IMG/VR virus record: IMGVR_UViG_3300048850_000049
Location: 55,864-119,863 of that record
Origin: a virus
Lineage: Duplodnaviria; Heunggongvirae; Uroviricota; Caudoviricetes
Direction: 5' to 3' (one strand)
Length of the DNA stretch: 64,000 bases
In this document: piece by piece, positions 52,961 through 61,309 of the stretch
How the letters are laid out: each line of letters starts with the position of its first letter
How positions within the stretch are numbered: the stretch's first letter is position 1
The notes under the pieces: model-generated
Databases searched by the model: none
What the model saw: the letters and a program-made list of their open reading frames with translations, nothing else
What the model was told of the DNA's origin: nothing
Translations under genes and position numbers: made by a program

Positions 52961-53095
52961 GAGCAGACAATGAACACCATCAACGATGACCGCAAGGCGT
53001 TCAACGGCAACTACGGCCCGCTGATCATTGGCGTGGTTTACGCCACTGGCGTGCTCATCGCCTTTGTCGGCAACGCGCTCTTTGGCGCCAGCTGA
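52961..53095 (+). CDS. Small single-TM protein (44 aa)
   Basis: Promoter plus palindrome upstream; RBS GGAGCAG. Confidence 0.35.
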   Translation, partial: EQTMNTINDDRKAFNGNYGPLIIGVVYATGVLIAFVGNALFGAS

Positions 53096-53205
53096 TGCTG
53101 AAGGTCATCGGAGCGACCGTCGTCGCAATCATCATCGCAATGGGTGTCGTCAAGGCACTCGAAATCGCCCGCAAGCGCGTGGGTAACAACGAAAAGAAGG
53201 ACTAA
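53095..53205 (+). CDS. Small single-TM protein (36 aa)
   Basis: TGATG coupling; hydrophobic core. Confidence 0.35.
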   Translation: MLKVIGATVVAIIIAMGVVKALEIARKRVGNNEKKD

Positions 53206-53206
53206 C

Positions 53207-54061
53207 ATGAACCTGTTCAAGATTATTCCGGCGGCAATCGTCGGGCTCCTCTTCATTGGCATTGCCGGTGGATCATTCTTCACCGTCGACGAAGGCGAGA
53301 GGGCCGTCGTTGTTAGTCAGGGCAAGATTTCCGGCGTCTATGGCGCAGGATTCCACGGCAAGACGCCGTTCATCGCTGACACTCACTACATCTCCACGCG
53401 CACTCAGGCCGTCGAGTTTCCGGAAGAGCCGGTCTACACTGCCGATCGTCAGACGGCGACCGTGAGCTTCTCTGTCAACTATGCCGCGGTGCCGACCGAC
53501 AAGGAGATCACTGCGATCTATCGCGACTTCCAGACCCTTGAAGGTCTCGAAACGCGGGCCTTGAAGCGTCAGATCCGCGAGCAGATCAAGAATATCTTCG
53601 GCACGTTCACCGCTGACATCGCTATCCGCGAACGTGGGCGTCTGAACAACGAGGTCGCTGCAGCTATTGCTGATCTTGGTGGTGGGCTGATTAAGATCGA
53701 AGGCGTCAATATCGAGAATATCAACTTCTCCGATGGCGTCGAACGTGCGGCTGAGGAACGCGCCCAGGCCGAAATGAAGGTCCAGACCAAGAAGCAGGAG
53801 CTGGATATCGCAAGGAAGGATGCTGAAATCACTGTGGCTAAGGCTCAGGCGACTGCCGACAGTCAGCTTGCCCAGGCAAAGGCTACTGCCGAAGGTGTTC
53901 GTCTGACCGGTGAAGCCGAGGCTGCCGCTATTAAGGCGAAGTCCGAAGCTTTGCGTGAAAGCCCGAACCTGGTCGAACTGACCAAGGCTGAGCGCTGGGA
54001 TGGAAAGCTGCCGACGAGCTTCGTGCCTGGGTCTGCGATCCCGTTCGTCAACATCAAGTAA
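53207..54061 (+). CDS. SPFH/band-7 (prohibitin/HflK-like) membrane protein
   Basis: N-terminal TM then SPFH core and a coiled-coil AEERAQAEMKVQTKKQELDIARKDAEITVAKAQA; a strong terminator follows. Confidence 0.7.
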   Translation: MNLFKIIPAAIVGLLFIGIAGGSFFTVDEGERAVVVSQGKISGVYGAGFHGKTPFIADTHYISTRTQAVEFPEEPVYTADRQTATVSFSVNYAAVPTDKEITAIYRDFQTLEGLETRALKRQIREQIKNIFGTFTADIAIRERGRLNNEVAAAIADLGGGLIKIEGVNIENINFSDGVERAAEERAQAEMKVQTKKQELDIARKDAEITVAKAQATADSQLAQAKATAEGVRLTGEAEAAAIKAKSEALRESPNLVELTKAERWDGKLPTSFVPGSAIPFVNIK

Positions 54062-54085
54062 TCCGCGGCTCCCGCTGCGAATTGA

Positions 54086-54113
54086 GAGGCGCCCTTGTGG
54101 CGCCTTTTTCTTT
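54086..54113 (+). terminator. Strong intrinsic terminator (GAGGCGCC-CTTGT-GGCGCCTC plus TTTTTCTTTG)
   Basis: After the SPFH gene. Confidence 0.65.
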
Positions 54114-54146
54114 GTCCGAGAGTCCCGTCCAAACCCGGCAATTGTC

Positions 54147-54180
54147 CTGCCGCACTCCAATTCTTAATTCGATAAAATGA
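54147..54180 (+). promoter_or_regulatory. Promoter variant (CTGCCGCACTCCAA .. CGATAAAA)
   Basis: Upstream of gene 54212. Confidence 0.45.
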
Positions 54181-54211
54181 TCTTGTCAGCAACATCGGCG
54201 GAGATCGAAAA

Positions 54212-54523
54212 ATGTATTTCTATAGCGACAATGCTCCAAAGGGCTCATCAGACATAAACGTTTGGAAGATGAACGGGTCAAAGGGTTATCTTCGGCACTT
54301 TGATAACTACCTGTTTCTGCAGTTTATTGCGAAAGAGGGGACTCGGGATGAGAGGGCGTCCGTAGAGAAGGAAATTATCATTTGTGAGCGTAAGCTCGCA
54401 TTCTGGGAACGCCATCCGAATTACGACGCGGATTTGGTCAAGCGCGAGAAAGAACGCAAGATCCGCGAATGGCGTCAGGCTCCGGGTGGCGCAACGTGTT
54501 CAGGAAATACCTCGGCACCGTAA
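54212..54523 (+). CDS. Hypothetical protein (AT-rich island)
   Basis: Promoter variant at 54147-54180; the 3' tail converges on and overlaps a minus-strand gene. Confidence 0.4.
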   Translation: MYFYSDNAPKGSSDINVWKMNGSKGYLRHFDNYLFLQFIAKEGTRDERASVEKEIIICERKLAFWERHPNYDADLVKREKERKIREWRQAPGGATCSGNTSAP

Positions 54524-54684
54524 ATGAGCGTCTCCTTGCTCAGTTGTTCGAGGTCGGTTTCGGTCTGGCTACGGAAGGACGCCAGGCTGAAAACAATGCT
54601 GTTCTTGGAAAGATAGAGTTGGATGGCCGACTCAATGGCCCGCCGGACTCCTTCGGCATGGTGATAGAACTCTACGTGATGCAT
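54475..54684 (-). CDS. Small hypothetical protein, paralog of 55723..55920 (MHxxEF...GAEVFP)
   Basis: ATGCAT start with an AGGA RBS; equal-length alignment with about 33% identity to the second copy. Confidence 0.4.
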   Translation of the reverse strand: MHHVEFYHHAEGVRRAIESAIQLYLSKNSIVFSLASFRSQTETDLEQLSKETLIYGAEVFPEHVAPPGA

Positions 54685-54860
54685 TTATTCCTGTCCTGTT
54701 AATGCTTGTAGGATGACATTCCTATACGCTGGGTAAACAGAGTCAACCGTGATTCATCGGTTTTATTGTGGAAGAGAAGAAGCCTGCCGCAAACCAAGCT
54801 GCGCTGAGATACATTTAAACATGTCAAACATCAAGAGTCGGAGCGAAAAGATTTAGCCAT

Positions 54861-54879
54861 ATAGCTATTTAGCTAGTAT
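54861..54879 (+). promoter_or_regulatory. TAGCTA-repeat operator ATAGCTATTTAGCTAGTAT (second copy of the 19255 element)
   Basis: Upstream of gene 55015. Confidence 0.4.
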
Positions 54880-55014
54880 ATTGCTCCGATTGAGTAAAAG
54901 GAGCAGAGACAATGGTGAATCCTGTAGCGAAATCATTACGATCCCCGATGTTGCGGCAGCAGAAGTTGAAGCCCCGCAAGGGGCGTGGATCCTATACCCG
55001 GAAGGATAAAAACA

Positions 55015-55419
55015 ATGAAAATCAACAAACTCGACCGCGCAGAACACCGCCTGCTTTCGACGGCGATGATTGCAGCCCTTAAAGATGTTGGGGATAAGTT
55101 CGGCGTCGACTTCACCGCAGCCGGCGGGGTCATCGGTATGGGCGATGGCGTCGTGAAGATCGGTGTCAAGATCCGGGATACCGGCAATGGTGTTTCCGGC
55201 GCGAAGCGGGATTGGAACATCTGGGCAGAGCGCTACGGTTTGACCAAGGAAATGTTCGGCGAGACTATCGTTCTCCAGAACACCGCCTACAAGATCGTAG
55301 GAATCAAGCCCGGCAGCCCGAAATACACGGTCCAGATCGAACGGCTCTACGACAAGAAGATTTTCGGCACCACTGTATTGTCAGTCACCCGCGCGTTGCC
55401 TAAGAAGATCGCTGCTTAA
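55015..55419 (+). CDS. Hypothetical protein
   Basis: TAGCTA-repeat operator upstream; RBS GAAGGA. Confidence 0.45.
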   Translation: MKINKLDRAEHRLLSTAMIAALKDVGDKFGVDFTAAGGVIGMGDGVVKIGVKIRDTGNGVSGAKRDWNIWAERYGLTKEMFGETIVLQNTAYKIVGIKPGSPKYTVQIERLYDKKIFGTTVLSVTRALPKKIAA

Positions 55420-55440
55420 TCACTTAAACAGAGATCACCC

Positions 55441-55692
55441 ATGCACCAGCTTGCCTATATTGCCGTCGTAATGACTATACTTGGAGGAGGAGACAAGCCG
55501 GAGACGCAGCTTGTCCCTCAGGGCATATGGGAACAGGCTGAATGCTTGGCCTGGCAGAAGGACATGGAGAGCACGAAGCCGACAGCGGTGAACGCTGCCG
55601 GCCGACCGGTGATCGCCAAGCAATATATCTGCCAATTGGTATCAGTGAATGATCTGCAGGGCTTTATCGATAAGATCAAAAAGCCTCAGTAA
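55441..55692 (+). CDS. Small hypothetical protein with an N-terminal TM
   Basis: A bidirectional terminator follows. Confidence 0.4.
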   Translation: MHQLAYIAVVMTILGGGDKPETQLVPQGIWEQAECLAWQKDMESTKPTAVNAAGRPVIAKQYICQLVSVNDLQGFIDKIKKPQ

Positions 55693-55698
55693 ACGCTT

Positions 55699-55722
55699 AT
55701 GGCCCGACATCGGGCCATTTTG
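55699..55722. terminator. Bidirectional intrinsic terminator (ATGGCCCGA-CA-TCGGGCCAT plus TTTTG)
   Basis: Between convergent genes 55441..55692 (+) and 55723..55920 (-). Confidence 0.6.
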
Positions 55723-55920
55723 CTATTCCTGGCTGATCGGGAAGACTTCTGCGCCGACGAAGAACGCCTCTCTCAATATCTGATCGAGGTTAACTTCGCT
55801 CGCCTCGAGAAACTGGACTACATCAAAGGAGTATTTCCTTTGCGCAAAGTGATGTTCCACGACATTAAGAACAGCAGCCCTCAATTCAGTCAGCTGCCCT
55901 TCAAATTCACACCTATGCAT
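55723..55920 (-). CDS. Small hypothetical protein, paralog of 54475..54684
   Basis: ATGCAT start with an AAGGAAAA RBS; shares a terminator with the convergent + gene. Confidence 0.4.
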   Translation of the reverse strand: MHRCEFEGQLTELRAAVLNVVEHHFAQRKYSFDVVQFLEASEVNLDQILREAFFVGAEVFPISQE

Positions 55921-56053
55921 AGCGTATTTTCCTTTTACACCCCTCCCCTTAAACCTTTGGTTTAAAGCGGAACTCGCGCGGCAGGTATTAGCTCAAATTG
56001 ATGTATTGGCAATAGGCATGTTTGCGGCATCAGTCGCAAGAAAGTCAGATTCT

Positions 56054-56090
56054 GTGCGTTTCCTACACTGGCACGCTATAAGTAATATAT
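56054..56090 (+). promoter_or_regulatory. Promoter (TGCGTTTCCTAC .. CGCTATAAG)
   Basis: Upstream of gene 56133. Confidence 0.45.
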
Positions 56091-56132
56091 ATGCAACAAC
56101 AAGAACAGCTTGAGCGCTGATGGAGATTTTTA

Positions 56133-56456
56133 ATGACTGACTCGAAGGGTATGTTTTCAAAGGCGCTAACCCTGGAAGAAAGACGGCCGATTATCGAGGC
56201 GGGCGATGTTGCACTTTTGTTGAAGAAGGACGGAACCGCTCAGGCGTTAACTTTTGGCTATGATTGCAGCAAGTTATCGCAGCCCAACGCGGTTTTGACC
56301 GATGAAGATAACCATATGGTCGAACAGGGTAAGAAGCTGTTTGCCCTGGCTTTTGCGGCCAGCCATCCGAAGCTTCTCCAGGTGTTGATGGATATCGCTT
56401 CCGACCCTGATGTCGTGGATGTTGAGACCCTTAAGGCTGCAACTGTCCGTCATTAG
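56133..56456 (+). CDS. Hypothetical protein
   Basis: Promoter motif upstream. Confidence 0.4.
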   Translation: MTDSKGMFSKALTLEERRPIIEAGDVALLLKKDGTAQALTFGYDCSKLSQPNAVLTDEDNHMVEQGKKLFALAFAASHPKLLQVLMDIASDPDVVDVETLKAATVRH

Positions 56457-56475
56457 TAACGATTGCGTGATCGCC

Positions 56476-56727
56476 ATGAATGTTATCAACCGACAGCGGC
56501 TCGAGTTTGCAGCCGCTGGGTTTCTCAATGAGATGCGCAAGCAATGGGTGCAGATGCACCCCGAGGATCCCTGCCCCATTAAGTCTCTTGCTGAATATCC
56601 GCCGGCGCAACGTTCTGCTCTGATGGCCGGTATTCAAAAGTCGATCCAGTTCGCCGGCACTGACACCGATGTCGCCTTTGCGGCCTGGGTAGAGCGAAGG
56701 GAAGAAGAGAAGGCGCGCACGACCTGA
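56476..56727 (+). CDS. Hypothetical protein
   Basis: ORF on the coding strand. Confidence 0.4.
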   Translation: MNVINRQRLEFAAAGFLNEMRKQWVQMHPEDPCPIKSLAEYPPAQRSALMAGIQKSIQFAGTDTDVAFAAWVERREEEKARTT

Positions 56728-56774
56728 CGCAATCCCATTTTCTTTTGCGCTATAACATAAGTAATCGCTTACTT
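56726..56774 (+). promoter_or_regulatory. Promoter (ACGCAATCCCAT .. TTTGCGCTATAAC) plus palindrome TAAGTAATCGCTTACTTA
   Basis: Upstream of gene 56793. Confidence 0.55.
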
Positions 56775-56792
56775 ACTGCAGGAGACTCCCCC

Positions 56793-57110
56793 ATGTTAAT
56801 GCCTTTGCTTCTTCAGATGGCGCTCGGATCCGGCAAGGTCCAGGTCGTCGAGACTGAGGATGAATATCGCCTGATGGCCCCTGCCCTCGGCGTGAAGATC
56901 AAGCTGGCAGCGGTCAAGAAGGAAGACTACTACCAGATGATCCGCACACCTGAGATGCCTGCGACGCTCACAGAGGCAATTGCACAGCGGGCAGAGCAGA
57001 TGGCGCTCGATGCGCCGAAGCCTCTCCTGGCCGTTGCTGGTGACTCCCAGCAAGTATCCGAGGCGCCTCGCCCGCCGAAGGGCAAGCCCACGCTCACGGT
57101 GGTGAAATGA
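56793..57110 (+). CDS. Hypothetical protein
   Basis: Promoter plus palindrome upstream; RBS GGAGA. Confidence 0.4.
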   Translation: MLMPLLLQMALGSGKVQVVETEDEYRLMAPALGVKIKLAAVKKEDYYQMIRTPEMPATLTEAIAQRAEQMALDAPKPLLAVAGDSQQVSEAPRPPKGKPTLTVVK

Positions 57111-57334
57111 GCGCCCGTCTGATCACAGAGATTGAGCGCCGGGCCAAGGCTCGCCCCAACACGGGCAAGCCTGCCTATGTGACCATCATCACCCAGTCTG
57201 GCGACTTCAAGGGCATCATTGGCAAGCTTGATACGGGCTCCGGCTATGTGGAGCTCGATTGCAGCTACACGTCCAGTGGAATCCTGCTAATTAACCTCGA
57301 CAAGATCGTCGCTGTGCGTCCGGGATGGTCCTGA
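57107..57334 (+). CDS. Hypothetical small protein
   Basis: ATGA coupling. Confidence 0.35.
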   Translation: MSARLITEIERRAKARPNTGKPAYVTIITQSGDFKGIIGKLDTGSGYVELDCSYTSSGILLINLDKIVAVRPGWS

Positions 57335-57888
57335 TGGCGCTAACCGAACTCTCTGAATGGCTCAACTTGGCAGACAAGCCGGGCTTCAGCGTTGGCGAGC
57401 TGGCGCCGTTCCTCGCCATGTCACGCGGCAACGGCAAGTCCACGTTCATGCGCGACTTCATGCAGGAGATAATCACGTCCGCAGAAGCCGAGCCTATCAA
57501 TCAAATCGTCGTCGGCACGCGCGGCATCCTTTCGATGATTGACGAGCTGCAGCCGGCCATCAAGTTTGAGCCTGACCTAATCAAGAGGTTCTCCGATCCG
57601 GATTGGCCGGCAGCGGACGTGACCGTCACTCTCGAAAAGCTCGACAAGAAGGATCCACGGCATCCTAACCCTGAAGCCGGCACCATTCGGCGTTTTTACG
57701 TGAATGCAAGTGGCCGTCGATCCAATCAGAAGAACAAGACGGCTGCGCTCAATCATGGCAAGCGAACGCATGAGCGCCTGGTCGCAGCCCTCGTCAAGGA
57801 TCGTGACGACAGGATCGCCGCTGAGAAGCGCGAGCTGCTGGAGCGTCACGCCTACCTCAACAGCTTACCAACCTTTGGAGATTACTGA
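57325..57888 (+). CDS. Hypothetical protein (ends ..LPTFGDY, a variant of the FGAF tail)
   Basis: Coupled ORF. Confidence 0.4.
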   Translation: MVLMALTELSEWLNLADKPGFSVGELAPFLAMSRGNGKSTFMRDFMQEIITSAEAEPINQIVVGTRGILSMIDELQPAIKFEPDLIKRFSDPDWPAADVTVTLEKLDKKDPRHPNPEAGTIRRFYVNASGRRSNQKNKTAALNHGKRTHERLVAALVKDRDDRIAAEKRELLERHAYLNSLPTFGDY

Positions 57889-58100
57889 TGCCCCTGCTGA
57901 ACCTTGAGGATCGCGTTTACTCGACCGTTCGCACCGAATGCGAGATCACCTTTGACGAGGGCGTTCCGCACGATCTCTACATCGAGGAGATCGAGCGAGT
58001 CCGGACTCAGATGGAGCGCCAGATCCCGCTCCTGGTCCAGAAGCGCGTTCTTGAGCGCCGTTTGGCCGTCATCGATCAGATGCTGGAGAGTGCGGCATGA
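57888..58100 (+). CDS. Hypothetical small protein
   Basis: Coupled ORF. Confidence 0.35.
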   Translation: MPLLNLEDRVYSTVRTECEITFDEGVPHDLYIEEIERVRTQMERQIPLLVQKRVLERRLAVIDQMLESAA

Positions 58101-58435
58101 CAGAGGAGCAACGCAAGGCGCGCATCCGCGAACTGAATGATGAACTGCGCACCGGCGCCCAGCCGCTCAACGGCAAGGTTATCGTAACCGGAAGATTGGC
58201 TCAGATGGACGCTAACCTGCAATATATGGTTGCACGGAACGCCGCCCGGTTCAACGCCTTCAGCGAGGATAACGATCCCCATGGCGAGCATGACTGCGCG
58301 GTCTTCGAGGTCGGCGACCGGTTCATGTTCAAAATCGACTACTACGCCTTGGACGAGGAGACCCTTTCGGAGCACCCGGAAGATCCAAACGTCACGATCA
58401 GGGTTATGTCCCTCTTCTACGCGGACGATTATTGA
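58097..58435 (+). CDS. Hypothetical protein
   Basis: Coupled ORF. Confidence 0.4.
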   Translation: MTEEQRKARIRELNDELRTGAQPLNGKVIVTGRLAQMDANLQYMVARNAARFNAFSEDNDPHGEHDCAVFEVGDRFMFKIDYYALDEETLSEHPEDPNVTIRVMSLFYADDY

Positions 58436-58452
58436 TGTCCGAGCGGGGTTCG

Positions 58453-58513
58453 CTCACTTCCAAGCGCAAGCCGAATTCTTTTGCGCTATAAGTTAAGTAA
58501 TTGCTTACTTATA
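58453..58513 (+). promoter_or_regulatory. Promoter (CTCACTTCCAAGCGC .. TTTGCGCTATAAG) plus palindrome GTTAAGTAATTGCTTACTTATA
   Basis: Upstream of gene 58561. Confidence 0.55.
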
Positions 58514-58560
58514 AAGGACTTACAGATGCTTAATCCACCACTGAGGCACAAGGTTTTCCA

Positions 58561-58812
58561 ATGAGCGTTCAAAAACGAAAGCGCGACCTTCTGAAAATGG
58601 CGCGCGCTATCTGTCCGAAGGCCACGGTGGATCACACGAGCGGGTCACACCTGGTCGTCACCATCTTTGGGCCGGAAGGCAGTCGCAAGATATTTTGCGC
58701 CGCTACAGCGTCCGATCATCGCGATTCCAAGAACGTGAAGCGCGACCTGATGGGCGCGGCCCGTGCAGTAGGCATTGTTGCTAACCGTAATGATCCTCCC
58801 GCTTCCCAATAG
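58561..58812 (+). CDS. Hypothetical protein
   Basis: Promoter plus palindrome at 58453-58513. Confidence 0.4.
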   Translation: MSVQKRKRDLLKMARAICPKATVDHTSGSHLVVTIFGPEGSRKIFCAATASDHRDSKNVKRDLMGAARAVGIVANRNDPPASQ

Positions 58813-58855
58813 CGTTCTTGCTACTTTTTACATCTGCAATTCAGGAGATTTGAGC

Positions 58856-59410
58856 ATGGCCCAGTATTCCGTTCACGGCAGCAGCATGATCCAAAAAGCG
58901 TTTGCGTTCGCTTATGGCGCGCACGGCGCGATTGACCAGCGCCGTAAATACACCAATGAGCCATATATTGTGCATCCCAAGGCCGTCGCTGAATTGGTGC
59001 AGTCGGTTGCGACACACATCTGGCAACAGGTTGTTGTGGCTTGGCTCCACGATACCGTCGAAGACACGGCGATCACGCTGCGCGACATCGAGGAGATGTT
59101 CGGTGGCGATATTGCTATGGGTGTTATGCACCTGACCAATGTCGGGCATGAGATGGGCAATCGCGCCAAGCGGTTCGAATTGAACCTCACCCGGCTGATG
59201 AATGCGCCAGATTGGGTGAAGACCGTCAAGGTTGCGGATCTGATCGACAATACCAGGACCATCGTCGAAAACGATCCGCAGTTCGCCGTTCTCTATCTGC
59301 GCGAGAAGGCCGTCACCCTTGAAGCGATTAAGGGCGCGGACGCTGATCTGTGGCAGAGGGCATGGCAGCAGCTTGAGAAGGAGCGCGCATCGCTCAAGGT
59401 GCCGGCATGA
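58856..59410 (+). CDS. Small alarmone hydrolase (SpoT/RelA-type HD domain, Mesh1-like)
   Basis: NEPYIVHPKAVAELV ... WLHDTVEDTAIT ... FGGDIAMGVMHLTN match the (p)ppGpp hydrolase HD motifs; RBS AGGAGA. Confidence 0.7.
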   Translation: MAQYSVHGSSMIQKAFAFAYGAHGAIDQRRKYTNEPYIVHPKAVAELVQSVATHIWQQVVVAWLHDTVEDTAITLRDIEEMFGGDIAMGVMHLTNVGHEMGNRAKRFELNLTRLMNAPDWVKTVKVADLIDNTRTIVENDPQFAVLYLREKAVTLEAIKGADADLWQRAWQQLEKERASLKVPA

Positions 59411-59790
59411 AGCTGACACAAGCTGAAATGAATACGCTACGCCAATGCTGGCTTATGACCGAAGGCAAGGCATGGGAGCCCCGACGCGGAACAAATTCCA
59501 AGGGCATAAAACGATTGGTCGAAGCCGGATATATTCGTGTCGTTGACGGTCGTTGCGGATTTGAACTTCTCAAAGACGCAATGGTTGATTGGACCGAAGC
59601 GGGGCGCGCAGCGCTCGCCGCGTCGTCAGTTAAGCCGCTGGAGTTGTTCGATCCCAAGGACGAAGAAGCGATAAAGTGGATCACCGAGAACCTGTCCGGG
59701 TTGCGGCGCGATGACGGATCGATCGAATATACCCTCGTGGCCGTTGTCCGAGCCTTCCAGGCGGGCAAGCATGAGGCAGCGGACTCATGA
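59407..59790 (+). CDS. Hypothetical protein
   Basis: ATGA coupling. Confidence 0.4.
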   Translation: MKLTQAEMNTLRQCWLMTEGKAWEPRRGTNSKGIKRLVEAGYIRVVDGRCGFELLKDAMVDWTEAGRAALAASSVKPLELFDPKDEEAIKWITENLSGLRRDDGSIEYTLVAVVRAFQAGKHEAADS

Positions 59791-60323
59791 GAGGCGATAT
59801 CATTGTCCACGATATCTATACCTTGCCGGACGCAGTAACCACGCTGCAGGTGATCTCCATCGAGGATTCTTCTCTCAGCACGCCGCAGTTTTATGTCCGA
59901 TTGAAAGAGGGCGATGAATGTGCGGATGAACCGTTTGAGGACTATCCGCAAGCCTGTGCGCATTGGCGTAACTGCCTGCGTCAGATGGGTATTGTTGTTC
60001 CGTATCAGGCGCCGGTCGCCGAGATCAATCTTAAAGGCGAGATTGATGCCCAAGAGAAGACCGCGACTGAGGTCTACTACCACTACCATTCGCTTCTAGC
60101 GGCCCAGAGACAGCCCAATGACGAGGCGACCAGGATCCGTGACTGCATGATCCAGGATCCCGACTTTGTTCGCTTCGCGCAGGATATCCTGCTTATTGTG
60201 CCAGAGAAGGCCCATGACTGGATTAGTGCCTCAATGCGCGTGTGCTGCAAGAGGGTTGCCGCTCTCCAGCGGATGACAGAATTCAAGGCGCTCGAGGTCA
60301 TACCGGGTTTCGGCTCCTTCTGA
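59787..60323 (+). CDS. Hypothetical protein
   Basis: ATGA coupling. Confidence 0.4.
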   Translation: MRGDIIVHDIYTLPDAVTTLQVISIEDSSLSTPQFYVRLKEGDECADEPFEDYPQACAHWRNCLRQMGIVVPYQAPVAEINLKGEIDAQEKTATEVYYHYHSLLAAQRQPNDEATRIRDCMIQDPDFVRFAQDILLIVPEKAHDWISASMRVCCKRVAALQRMTEFKALEVIPGFGSF

Positions 60324-60350
60324 TGGGAACACGCTTCGAGCGATCATCAC

Positions 60351-60385
60351 CTACCGCACTCCAACGCTGTAATTGCTAAAACTGT
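60351..60385 (+). promoter_or_regulatory. Promoter variant (CTACCGCACTCCAAC .. TGCTAAAAC)
   Basis: Upstream of gene 60416. Confidence 0.45.
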
Positions 60386-60415
60386 AAACAGATACAGCAT
60401 GAAGCAGAGTGAGGT

Positions 60416-60826
60416 TTGAAAATGGTAAGCGTGCCGAACATCGAGCGCGTTATAGCGTCAATCAAGGGCGAACTGCCCGAGACGCAACACCTGGGGTTCA
60501 ACATGGGCGGCTATGTCAGCCGCACCAGCTTCAACCTTCCTGACCATTCCGGCCGCAACTGCGCCTGGGTTGGTTGTATCGCCGGTCACGCCTACACGCT
60601 CAGCACTGGTGAGCTGCCTGACACCGTAGCCAACACTCTGCCGGATCCGATCGACAAGATCGCAGGCGAGTTCCTTCAAATCGATGAGAACCAGGCGCGC
60701 GAACTCTTCTTCGACCTGCCTTCGTTCATCACCCTCGCATTCGTTCCGCAGAGTGTCGCCCTCGAGGTGCTTGAGCGCCTGAAGGAAGCTGGAACGATCG
60801 AGTGGGAGAAAGTTGCAAATGCCTGA
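60416..60826 (+). CDS. Hypothetical protein
   Basis: Promoter variant at 60351-60385. Confidence 0.4.
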   Translation: MKMVSVPNIERVIASIKGELPETQHLGFNMGGYVSRTSFNLPDHSGRNCAWVGCIAGHAYTLSTGELPDTVANTLPDPIDKIAGEFLQIDENQARELFFDLPSFITLAFVPQSVALEVLERLKEAGTIEWEKVANA

Positions 60827-61109
60827 TCTCCAGCCAGGTTGGACCCAGATGAAAGGTATCTCCGGCGCTGGCTGGGATATCTGGCTGGGAACGGGTCCTC
60901 ACATGCCGGAAGGTTCACGCTTCGCCATGTTTCGCCGGCGGATCGCGGATGAGGAGACCTACACCAAGGGCCTCACCTACCCGACGCTGACTACGGCCGA
61001 GGAAGCGCTCACGCAGATCAAGCACCAGTTCCACCTGGGCAAATACCAATTCGACGACCTCTTTCCCAATGAAGTCGTTATCGACCATCCCTACTTCGGA
61101 GCCTTTTGA
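60813..61109 (+). CDS. Hypothetical protein with C-terminal HPYFGAF tail
   Basis: Ends ..VIDHPYFGAF. Confidence 0.4.
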   Translation: MQMPDLQPGWTQMKGISGAGWDIWLGTGPHMPEGSRFAMFRRRIADEETYTKGLTYPTLTTAEEALTQIKHQFHLGKYQFDDLFPNEVVIDHPYFGAF

Positions 61110-61309
61110 TGAAGATCCAGTCAACCTTCTGCCTGCTCGATGTAAAGCGGGGCCGCAAGAAGCTCGCCAAGTTCTTTAACTTCGAGGCCGCGCCGGAAGG
61201 GCTGCGCATTCCAGTGACCATCACCGGCTACGTGACGGGCGTCTGGGGCAACGATGACGGCGAGAGCCAGGAGTTCACCGTCGAAGTCACTAAGGCGAAA
61301 TTGTCATGA
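61106..61309 (+). CDS. Hypothetical small protein
   Basis: ATGA coupling. Confidence 0.35.
   Translation: MMKIQSTFCLLDVKRGRKKLAKFFNFEAAPEGLRIPVTITGYVTGVWGNDDGESQEFTVEVTKAKLS

Noticed and set aside
54469-54702. + strand ORF of 77 aa
   Set aside because: No RBS. It is the mirror reading of the minus-strand paralog 54475..54684 and overlaps the tail of 54212..54523.
55699-55965. + strand ORF of 88 aa
   Set aside because: Its ATG is the first triplet of a perfect terminator hairpin (ATGGCCCGACATCGGGCCAT plus T-run). The convergent minus-strand paralog with an RBS explains the open frame.
1340-60400. CRISPR array hypothesis for the recurring GCTATAA/AAGTAAG repeats
   Set aside because: The repeats are dispersed (1-3 kb apart), always immediately upstream of start codons, and not separated by uniform spacers. 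No cas genes are present. They behave as promoters or operators.
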